A stretch of 64,000 bases of DNA from Raillietiella orientalis (taxonomy: Eukaryota). Positions within the stretch are counted from its first letter, which is position 1. The number at the start of each line of letters is the position of its first letter. The position numbers and the translations under genes were made by a program. Of the stretch, positions 12,151 through 22,850 are shown piece by piece. Below the pieces are notes generated by a model, which saw nothing but the letters and a program-made list of their open reading frames with translations, was not told the origin of the DNA and searched no databases. Where the stretch lies: assembly GCA_036172245.1 (NCBI GenBank), contig JAYWIR010000026.1:1798001-1862000 (forward strand), in the 5' to 3' direction.

Positions 12151-14615
12151 TGCGGGGCAAACAGGCGCGTGACCGAGGGAAGAGGCTACGCAATAGACAG
12201 ACAAACAGATGGGCGGGACGGATGAGGCGACGATGCAGCAGCAGGAGATCCCTGCAGCAGGAGCTGGCGGAGTCGAGCAGCAAGGAAGTGCTATAGTGAG
12301 GAGGGAGAGAGAAACGCGAGAGGCTCTCGGGAAGGAACAGGAGGGGATGGGGAAGAGGGTAAGTGGCGAAGGATAGAGCCGTCGTCGTGCACTCTCCAAC
12401 GCGTTCCGTGTCCTTTGCACCTAAGTGAGATGAGACAGTGGAACGAGCGTGCCCTACTCGGCGCGGCGGTAGCTGCTGGCCATCCGCCGCCTCCTCTCTT
12501 CCTCCCCCTGCTTCCCCCTCAGTTTCGTGCGCCGTCGGCCAGAAGATCGGGAACTGCGATGAGCGTCTCCTTGCAAGGAACAGGGGGAAGACTTGGGAGA
12601 AGTTGGCACGAGTTGCGTGGGACCCCAGTGCAAGAGCTTCCGGAACCCAGTGCGGAGTCTGGAATAGGGCAAGCGAGAGGGGGAGGAAGAGGAGGTACGT
12701 GCTGACAGGCTCTGCCGCCGATCCGCGACAGCCCGAATGATGGCACTCCGGGACCGGTTCTCTTTCCAAGCACCGACGCCTGGTCTCCAGCACGGCAGGC
12801 AAGGGGAGGCCGTCTCTTTGCACAGGGGTCCCTCTTCGGTGGGTTGCGTGTCACTCTTGATTTGGTCCTGCCGGGAAGCGGAGCACCAACAAAAGGAAAT
12901 TCGCTCTTGCTGCTGCTGCTTTTCCCTTTTTTGTCGTTGCCTTTTTCGTGTATACGCTGAACGGGGACGATCGAGGAGCACCATGGCGACCGGCATGCGC
13001 CGCGCTCGGTCAGCTGCCGAGAGGGAGGGGGAAACGAAAATCCGTGAGCTGCGGAAATCCCAAGTTTGCTAGTTTTGGCGCGAGGGCGCGCTCGGGTCAT
13101 CGACTGACGAAAGCCATCTGGGGCCAAGTCCATGGTTACGTGGCGTCGCGAGCAACCGAGCCAAGCGTTCTCAAGACGCAGAAGACACAACAGTCGCGTG
13201 TTGCAAGGACGCGAGCTTGCGAGCACCACAGATGTCTCCATCTGGTCGCCTCCTGAGGTTTCCAAACGGCGGAGAACTCAACAACGGTGTACCGGAAAGT
13301 TCCACCACGAAACGAGAGGTCGGCGCCGTGAAAGTCCTTCTTCCAGGGATCCAAGCGCAGTTCGTGGTGACGGTCGTGCGGATGCCGGCACCGGTGCGGC
13401 GACCCCGGCGCGCGGAACCGCCCGATGGGTTTCCCGACTCGGGAAAACGTCTGGAATCCGGGAGTCCAACTCCCGTCGCTGCGCCGAAACTCTCTGCCTG
13501 CCTTGGAGGGAAACAGGAAAACACCTCGCAGCCAGGAAGGTTCCACCTTCGCGGCTACCACGAGAGCTCCGAGGACATTCGTGCGCGCGCGCAGTTGCCT
13601 TGAGAGCCGAAAGATGCCAGGGACGCTAGCAATCAGCAGGGCAAGAAGAGAGCAGCAGGAGAATGCCAAATTCCTCGAGCAGCTGCACGAGTCACCGAAC
13701 TGACCAGAAGCGCCGAGGACGACGAGTGGTGCCGCCCTGGGTCTGCTGCCAGCACGTTCCGCTCGGGTCAGCACGTTCGCCCTGCTCTTCCGAACAGGCA
13801 GCGTGCGCTCCGGAATGCTCGTGGCGGTTCTCGTCGCCCCGGATTCCGTCTTGCGATTCCCAGGACAACTTTCTCATGCCTTCTCGCGGCTGCAGCTGAG
13901 ATCGAGGACCTCCTGCCAGCATGCTCTTAACCCAAGCAGGCGGTTGAGAACGTACACTCGACCTGCACTCCCTGCGCGCTCTTTGCGTTCACCACGGGAG
14001 AGCCGCAGTCTCGACGAGGTGCGAAGAGGGGGGTCTCAGAGACTGGGCGTCGAAGCGAGCATCCTCCCCGCCTGCTCGGGGGTCGCCCACTCGTCTCGCC
14101 GCCTCGGAAGGAAGTTCCCTTACTTTGCCGAATGCCAACGACACAGACTGATGATGCACTCTACGAGAGCCATTTCTCGTTTGCTACTCATCATTTAAAA
14201 ATACAAAGCAGTGCAGAACAAACCGGTGAGGAAAGAGGAGGCGACCCTTAGTGAAAAATCGCGAAAGTGGGATCGATCTCCAAAAAGGTGACGAAAAATG
14301 ACTTTCCCCACGTCGCCAGGTGCACACCCATTGCGGTTCTTCAGGACGTGAAGAAAGTGAGCTGGGGTCCGCACACCAACTGGCCCGGTCCCGCAATGAT
14401 GGACTCCTTCGATGCTTTCTACGTTTCACTGTGAATTTTCAAAAGTGTGCCCGGAAACTTGAGCACCCCTCGCTCTCGGGAACTCTTCCGCATCCCTCAC
14501 GCAGGTCTTCCCGGCACTTCCCCTCCTCCGGCCTATGGACACCTTACTTCTTGAAACCACGCAATCCGGAAGTCCTGTTGGAACCGCCATCAAGGTTTTT
14601 CTTGGTAAAAGTTTG

Positions 14616-14658
14616 GAACGTTTCCAAGGTATTTCGAAGAAATACCTTGGAAACGTTC
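14616..14658. repeat. Perfect 20-bp inverted repeat with 3-nt GAA loop
   Basis: gaacgtttccaaggtatttc, loop gaa, then gaaataccttggaaacgttc; read directly from the sequence. Confidence 0.95.
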
Positions 14659-15489
14659 GATGGCGGCTCGAGCGCGACTTCCCTATACCGAAACACGAAA
14701 GGTGAGAGAACCGCATGGTAGCGATCTCTGCTCCCTTCTTCGCCGCTGCAAATGGCTTGGGGCTCTGCAGCGGCAAAGTTCTGCGAGAATACGTAAGCTG
14801 CTGTTGCGGAAACTCGGGCCAGCAAGCAAACGAGGTGTGCCTGCAAGCTGCCAGGGAGTCAACGAGGCAGCCGGGTCAGCTTCCAGCCAGGTTGGTTCCG
14901 TTCCCCGCACTCCTCACGTGATTCGTACGCGACCTCTTCCCATGGTTGTGAAGTTGGGTAAATAACAAGCATTTAGAGGCAGACTCTCCTGTAGCACTTG
15001 AGATTTTGAAGGTGTGTCAAGGAATTATGAATGGAAAGTATAAAGACTAAGTTGAAAGCTGTGTCTCTACATTACAAAAGCCTGCTGTTATATAAAAAGC
15101 ATTTGTCTCTGTTAACAGGGAAAACTCGAAAAAATGAAACGGAAAATACGGTGGGGAAGGGGAGCAATGCAAGCCATCTGACTTTAAAGTGGTCTTCCTC
15201 TTTGTTCTTGCAATTTATCTTCCAAAAAGATACCCTTCATAGGATTCCTACATGTGGTTGGAGCACTTCAGAAAAGTCGTGAATTATCAAGGCCACAAGC
15301 ATTCAAATGAAAAAAACGGAAAAAGAAAATGGTTCCCAGTTTTCTCATAAGAGTTCCAAATCAATCCACACAAACAGCATTCCAGAGTAGACCAGATAGC
15401 TTGTATCCTCCACAGCAAAAAAGAATCACCAACTTTATTTACATTGCTAAGCAATACTAAACCAGAGTGCTCTGAAGATGCTTCAACTT

Positions 15490-16282
15490 CTATGCCTTGA
15501 TTACCAGAGGGCCCACATTATCTCCGGATGCTTTGTTGTGTTTGTCATGGCTGCCATCACAATAAGGAAACTATTGCAAAATCAGGACGTGACCAACAAC
15601 AAGCCTTTCTGCTACAACAGACCTTTGCACTCCTCCAGCATCTACAAAATGCCACTGTTTTTTTTGAAGCTATGTCTTCTATATCAAAACTGTCCACTAT
15701 TTTAGGACTATTCAACTTTACGCTGTAATTTAACCTGACATCCTGTGCATCCTGCTTTGCCTGACAGCAAAACCAGGAATGGCTCTACAGCATACATAAT
15801 AACTGGATTTCTATTATAGCTCACCTGCACACAACCTTTGAATTTTTTGTGAAGCAAATATGAAGCACCAGCAACTGTTCCTATGAAAGGTAGGAGTTGC
15901 AAAAATTCTTTAACTGAAACAAAGTGAACATTTCAAGTGAAGCCTACTGTTGCCAAAAAAAAAAAAAAAAACATGTGGCAATTAAAAGCACTTTAAGATC
16001 AGTATTTTATCATCCTCTCTAGGCAATTCAGTTTGCCTGTTATTTAGAAATTCAAGTACAGCTATAATAAGGCAAGATATAAGTTTCTGCAGAGTAGCTG
16101 TGATACATACAGGCCAATGAAAAACAGTTTTAGAAGAAGAATGGAGCTTCAGACACATACTAGCAACGTTTCAGTTACTACTTACGTGATAGTCGAAACC
16201 ATCCACCAATACTATCTGGAATTGGAATGCTTTGTAAATAACCAGGAACATATACTCTGACCACTTGGTGTAAAGGATACAT
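15490..16282 (-). CDS. CISD2: CDGSH iron-sulfur domain protein 2 (Miner1/NAF-1, mitoNEET family), 4 exons, 134 aa
   Basis: Exons 16186-16282, 15825-15913, 15623-15760 and 15490-15570, all GT-AG and phase-compatible. Translation MYPLHQVVRVYVPGYLQSIPIPDSIGGWFRLSLKEFLQLLPFIG...[54 protein letters not shown], with the complete 3Cys-1His [15 protein letters not shown] motif and the CISD2-type N-terminal extension. Minus-strand AATAAA at 15434-15439. Confidence 0.95.
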
Positions 16283-19200
16283 AGTGGCAATAATGGTAAT
16301 AAAGCGGTTAACTGGTGCACTGGAGTAAATTAGAAATCAATTAAAACGACACTACTGATTGCAAAACGAATTCACATTATGGTTTCAAGTGTTACGTTTC
16401 ATTATTTTAAAAACCAAGCTGATTTATTACGCTAGTTTGCATGTATAAATAAAATAATGCCTCGGTTTTCTTGAAGTCCATGGCTGTTCACGAGAAATTA
16501 GACGAGAACTTTAAACGCAACAGCATGTGTGGGTCACGAAAACTTTTACAAACGAAAATTATGTGCAGCACAGCCCTACAAAATGATGGATGCAAATAAT
16601 GATACTACACTACTTCAGTTTATAGTCATGGAGCATTTGCTTTACCACAAGTCGATTTCAATAAGTTCAAATGATTTGCCAATGAATGCAAGTCATCTGA
16701 AAAAAAAAAGGAAAAAAGGGGAGAGGAAAAAAAGGCCCCTACGAATTAGAAACAAGAAAAGACCATGAATTATTTTCAACTCTTCACTTGGTCGATAACT
16801 GAATCCTTCGCAGCAAGTTGATCGAACTATGTGGATCTCACTTTTCAATAAGAACGGCCTGCGAACGGACATCAAAGTTTAGTCGGTCGTGTTTTTTGGT
16901 GTCGGGAAAAAACTGCAACGGGCTTTACGTTGCAACAAAAGACGCATTTCACCGACGGCAATTTTTCCCGATGCACAACCATATGGAAGAATTATGCCTC
17001 CAAGACGATCACTGTAACCTCAGACTTTGGGATTTCGTAAACTTACTGCTGTACTTCAGAACTTTACACTTCGAATCGACACCCCTACACCCCTACACTT
17101 AACCCTAGGATGTTTTTCTCCCCAGACCACATAATTGGAACACCTTTGCCGTCAGCTGCTGAGCAGGGTTACACCTTCTCTGGCTCCGGTCTTCTTTGGA
17201 GAACTAAAGGATATAATTTTTTTGGAAGCGTTCACTTGGAATAAACTCCTTTTGGAAAGTTCCATCAAAGTGAATTCATCCAATCAAATTGGTAGACTCT
17301 AACCTTTTCTGGGTAGTTGCATATAGGATTTACCGAAACTGCTTCACACTTGTAACAATTTTGTTCGTGGAATCAAGTAACGTCTTCCCAAAGGTAACAG
17401 ATGTAAGTAATAAGAAATGCTTCAAGTTCGATTATTTGATAGACTGTAGAAGACTGTTCTGTGAATCCACTCATCATCAAATTAAACTATTCAATTAAAG
17501 CACTTTACAAGCCATTATTCACTGATTCTAATCCATGCATTACTTAAAAAGAAAATCAGCAGTCAAAGTATTTAATTTTAAGAAAGGGAAAAAGTTTCAT
17601 TCATTGAAGGAGAATTCAAAAGTGAATAGAAAAGGATATCAGTAGAATAAATTAAATATTTCATTATTTGCTAGAATGCTAAAAAAAAAGTATCAAACTT
17701 TAATGATCGTGCATCATGTATTTGGAGAAAAACCAAGCAATAATGGCTAGTCTCAAGGTGATTTTGAATACGCAGTGAACATAGAATGTTTTATTATTGT
17801 TATAACCTTAGAAACAAGTAGATAAATGAAAAAGGAATCATCATGTCGTTGCATATAGTGAAATAGTCGTGAAAACCATACTTCGTGAAATACTTCTTAA
17901 CCATCAGCTTCTCCAAACTGTTTAAGTTGCTAAAATGCTGTCACCTATGGAACAGGGATTTCAAAAAGAGAAAAGAATATGCACACACTCTACAATACCA
18001 GGAAGAGTAATGACTTTTGCAAATCATGGCATCACAACTGGCGGATGCTTTGAAAAGATGAATGTACAAAGTTTTGCACAGTTCTGTGGAAAAGACAATG
18101 GAGACGACAGGCATCGTTGTTATGAAATGGAATAAAGGAAGCATCACCACATGGACGTAGAAGTTTCCAAGTTTCTTAGCTAGAGAACAACGGAGCACTG
18201 AAAATGCTCTATGGTGAGAGAGCTTCAAAAAAAAAGCTCGGAGGTTCGATTGGACATGGGAGTAGGAGATGAGATATGAACAAGAGTTGTTATGGCCTAA
18301 CACAATCTCCAGCTTTCTACAGAAAAGTAGAAAGGTGGAAAGGGAGTTCACGACCACTGCAACAGAAGAACTTCACTCTTGTGCTGTGAGTTGCCTTGAA
18401 AGGAGAAAGTGGTTTTGCGTATTGGACTGGGAAACTGAGCTCAAAGAAACGAAAACCACCAAGGGTCGCTGTCGACACAACAGTCGGAGAGGTGCCATCA
18501 AACGCAAAAAATGATTCCAGTGCCGTAGATGGGATGCGGGTGTATCTCTGAACCCTCATCTGCACCCAATTTTCCATTTTTACATGCATTCGAAATTCTC
18601 CTCGGTGAGTGGGATGGCGGGCATTCTTTAGAAGCGAGTGCGCAGCATCTTTTGAAGGCATTTGGGACCGCATAGCTAACAAAAGGGGAGGAGTTGATTT
18701 GATGATGGTACACAGGAAGGACGTGCTCACACAGGCGGGGGTTCTCTCCGGGGCAACTCTGTCCGTGAAGCAGAGTTGCTCCAGAGTATAACAGAGAAGA
18801 CTGCTTTCGGGTTAGCTCCCAAAGCCACTATAAGTCAATCGACGTTGGTCTTTGAACCTCGACTTCAAATGGGTTGCTTCCGAAGCCTTTTCTGGGGTTC
18901 GGATGAGGGGAACGGACTCCTTGTCGAGCATCGCGAAATCAGGGATAAAGGCACTTCCGAAGCGCGTGTGCCTGTCCTCAGCCCAAACGCGGTACGGCTG
19001 ACGGTAAGGCGCAGATTGAGGGTGGAGGACAAGCACGAAGCGGAGTGCAAGGTACACGCATCCCTTGCACGCGCATTCGCTTGCAGTTCTGACGCCGCTA
19101 CCACCAGGAACAGTTCCTCAAGAGTTTGGTCCGGAAGGCATCACAGAGGGGTGTCCTCGCTTTCCTCGGAGGGGGAGTCTTCGGCCGCCGCCGTGTGCGG

Positions 19201-19411
19201 CGAGAGGATGTGACGTGGCCGGCAAGTGGCGGAAACGTGGCGTCGCCTTTCTTCGCGAACCAGCGACAGTTTTTTCAGCGAATCGATGATGCTTGCTGCT
19301 GCATGAAGGGGGCGGTCCCTGGAGGAAGTCGTCTAATTGAGGGTGGTCAATCGAGGCCAACTATCGGGAGGGGGGGAGGAAGGCAGTGATCCATCGGAAG
19401 ACAGGGAGTAC

Positions 19412-22400
19412 CACCCGGTCACGCCGGGGCGTTTATTGAAAAACTACTGAACAACTGTGGTACGAGGCCGGGTCGCCGGTACGTAGACCGGCGCGACTCT
19501 CCTCGGCAGCGGAGGGGGATGGGGGATAAAACAAAAAGAAAAATAAAGGAAACAAAAAAGCATTCCAAAGGCACTCGGAGGCAGCAGAGCGCTGCCAGGG
19601 CTGAGGCTGGTTGCAGGGCGTCTCGCACGAAGAGGTGTACAACATCTCTGGGGGGGCTGCTGACCGGCATCACGAGGGTCGTAGCAAAACGCTCTCACAA
19701 GGGCCGGAGGGCAGCGCAGCCCACTAACAGGTGGAGGAGGGATTCCTTCTCCCCGCACACTGCACAGTTCTGCCTCACCTTCCCCAACGTCTAGTAGTAG
19801 AGCCGCGCCGCGCATTGCAGGGGAGACCCCAATGCAACAGCAGCAGCGCTGACTCCTGCCACTTGGGGAGGGTGGACGAGTCTGTAAATACCGGGGGCCA
19901 CTTTACATCATCCGACGGGATGCCCAGCAGCTCGCCTCATCTCTGAATTCCTCGCGGAAGGACGCTTGGGGTCGCGGTGTCAGCCAATTCCCTCATGGTC
20001 CAACCTCTTAACAGCTTCTCCTTGCCCGCTGTCCGGCAGGAGACTTGCCACCGGGGCGTTCGGCTGAGCCACGAAGGACCTCCGCTGACCCTGGTCAGGA
20101 TCCGTCCTCGGAGAGAAGGGGCAGCAGGGGTGCGATTCACAGCACGTTTGCCGCTCGATCCGGGGACCTGCGGGAAGGGCCCTGCGTCTCGAGGGATCGT
20201 AATGAGGGAGGCAGATGCGGGCCGGGAGAAGAATAGCAGCGCACGAACCTGGGGCCCGCTCGTCCTTCGCGGAGATGGGCTGCCGCGCCAGGTCCCGGGC
20301 GGAGGCAGGGACGCTGACTCCTTCATGGAGGAGGAGGCGCAGGGGGGGAGGGACGGAAATGTGGCGGTGAGAGCGGACCAGGAGCGTCCACCTTCCCGTG
20401 GAGAGGCGCCTAAAAGTTTGCGGGAGGAACGCAGCGAATGAGGGGAGGGAAGGGAGCATACGGAGCAGGGCGGGGCGGCGGACTATGTCGACGGAAAACA
20501 GTCGGCCGCGCTACCGCTCCTCCAAGAAACGCGGAATCGGCCCCGAGAGGGCTGAGCAGCATCCCCAGCAGAGGGACGTTCGTGCCCACAAGGCTGGAGG
20601 CTTGTGACCTCTTCGCCGCCTAATTCTGAAGGCGGTGCGCTACCTGGAGACGCGCACTTTCCTCCCTACAACGTCTTCGCTCTCTACGCTCCAGAGATGG
20701 ACGGAGGAGGAAGGGTGGTTTCACCTCCTCGCTGGTTGGCCCGTGGCGCTTCCATTCCCGCCTTCCTCCTCCTCCCTGAACGAAGAGAGGGAGGGAGGGG
20801 GGGAAGACTGGCTGGAATGACGAAGCCAAGGAAGAGGAATTGTAAGGATGAGGATGGAGGCATGCATCTCTCTGCTTCGTCCTTCCCCCTGAGCAGCAGC
20901 TGCGTAAAGGAACGAAGCGACCCCGCGTCGACGCCCATGAGCCGGCAGTCACGACTGCCGAGTTCTGCTTCGCCCCTTCGCGGGCGAACGAGACCCTACA
21001 CGGCAGTACAAACTGTTGCCCCCCCCCCCCATTCTTCCCCCGGACCTCAGCCAGGGAGCTCTTCACTCCGGCTGGATGACAGCCTCGGACAACGGCTGCT
21101 TCCCCTGGAGACCGGAAGGCTGCACGCTGACGTGGGTGGGGAGCAGGGCACTCCTCCCCGGCCGCACGTCCACGGAGAACGGCGGCGGGATCCGAACGAG
21201 AGGTTCCTCTTGCGGAAGCCGCCCGTCTCCACCAGCACTGGATGATCCTCGGCCCGCTGGTTGTCCGTGGCTCGGGGTCAGGGGTCGTTGACGAGGGACT
21301 GGCGACGACTACGTGGCCCACTCTTCCGACACTTTCTTCCCCCCTCCCCCTTCCGCGGAACCTGCACCACGAAGGAGACGCCATTCCCGAAGGGGCAGTC
21401 GTCCATCCCCGTCCAGTCGTTTCCGCTTCGTCGATCCGTTCGTCACCGCCGCAGCCACGCTTTGCTGCTTCAGGAAGTGGATGGCCTGAAGGTCGTCGTC
21501 GCGAACCGCACCAACTCCAACCCCGCGCCACGTGCGCACGGGACGAGAGAGGAGCTGCCTTCTTCGTGGAGAAGTCATGGTCACCTTGCCCGCGCTTGTT
21601 TCCACGCAACGGGAGGGCTACCATTCGAGCTATCCCGGAATTGCAAGCGCCGTCAAAGCCAAAGCCAGGAGCCATGCAGGAGACGCGCGTACGCGCATCT
21701 CTGGAACCGCCCACCAGAGCCATCGGCCAGAGGAACGCACGCGTCCGCTAGACTGCAAGCGAACATGAAGCCCTCGCCGTCCCCACGAAGAACGGCAGGA
21801 CCAGTCCCTCTGGGATCGCAGGTACGTGCGGGGTTCGCGACAGCTACTACCGAAGGTCTCCGCAGACAAAACCGTCCGCTTGTTCGCGAGGCTCGGCCTC
21901 GCGAATGCACACGGGTCGAACCCTCTGGCTGCGGAGCTCTGCGCGACGATTCGGGAGCAACGCTTCGGGTGCAGCAATACTCCAGCTGAGGGGGGGTGGT
22001 AAGATGGGGGGAAGGATGAAGGCCAATGGGGCCTTCCCCGTCTCCGGGGACGGCCCCATGATCACGGTCTATGGTCGCTTCCTCGCCTTGCTCCCGAGAC
22101 TGCTCGAACGGGAAAGGCGACCTTCGTCACGTCGTCGTCAACTGCGACAGCACCGACACGGGCAGTGGCGGAAACAGACCCCGCCACCGCGAACCGCGCC
22201 AACGACAAACACGCGAGCGAGCGCCGAAGGTGCACGTACGAGGTCAATGTGCAGTCCCGTGGGTTCGGCTCGTTGCGCACGTGCGTCGTTGTATTCGATG
22301 GGTGGCTTCAGCAAGCTGGACGCTGCGTCGACCAGCTGCACTCCTGGGGTTCGGAATCACCCGCCTGTCCACCACCGCCGAAAGCAAAGAAGAACGCCCA

Positions 22401-22850
22401 CAGACGCGCAGACCGGAGACCCCAGTCGATTCCCTCTGCAAGCGTCCCTGTCACTTTTGTTTGCATGGCGCAGGTATGTATGGGGTCCTTCGGTGTGCTT
22501 TGCAACAGTCGGCTCGCTCGTCAGGAGCCAAATCTTTCCCTACCATCCAGAGTGCTGTCACGGACTTGGAGGGCGGGAAGGGAGAAATGACCACAGGCAA
22601 CAACAGCTGCATGCCGAGAATTCGCCCAGGCCAGATGGTCATGGAATCCGCATGGAGGTCACGGAAGTGCTGAAAGATCCTTGAGCAGAAGCACAGCACA
22701 CCGTTACGGTTTTCGCGGGTAACGACGAAGAAACAGTCGCGGAATCAGAAAGCACGGTCGCTTTTTTCTTGTTTGCACTCCCAAGTTCCGCGTTCCGAGA
22801 AAGACAACCGACGGATGCGGGGAAAGGGCACAAACAGGACCAGTGCATCA
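19412..22850 (-). mobile_element. Decayed Tx1/L1-clade non-LTR retrotransposon (ORF2 plus 3' UTR)
   Basis: Clear zf-RVT remnant LLLHWGLPCNAR...NCAVCGEKESLLHLLVGC (~19700-19900). Weaker RT remnants: RGFD ~21915, RGQGD ~21585, FA(D)DL-like ~21495. APE-like RNGVLCF..WPGRILGMQL at ~22600-22710. 3' end with AATAAA at 19432-19437 is shared with 2899-3242. The 5' boundary is approximate. Confidence 0.65.

Noticed and set aside
13240..13420. Minus-strand GADLSFRGGTFRYTVVEFSAVW resembling a PD-(D/E)xK nuclease motif
   Set aside because: No supporting zinc knuckle, RHD or RT motifs nearby; the resemblance is too weak.
245..14900. Many long overlapping ORFs (e.g. 308-1666, 452 aa; 4428-5870, 480 aa; 10895-11992, 365 aa)
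   Set aside because: Arg/Pro/Gly/Ser-rich translations open in several frames on both strands are expected from stop-poor GC-rich DNA. No intact domain is present; only frameshifted TE remnants are recognisable.
18700..19100. Possible Gypsy RT fragment (minus FIPDFA; plus EKTAF)
   Set aside because: Isolated short motifs on opposite strands with no ordered series.
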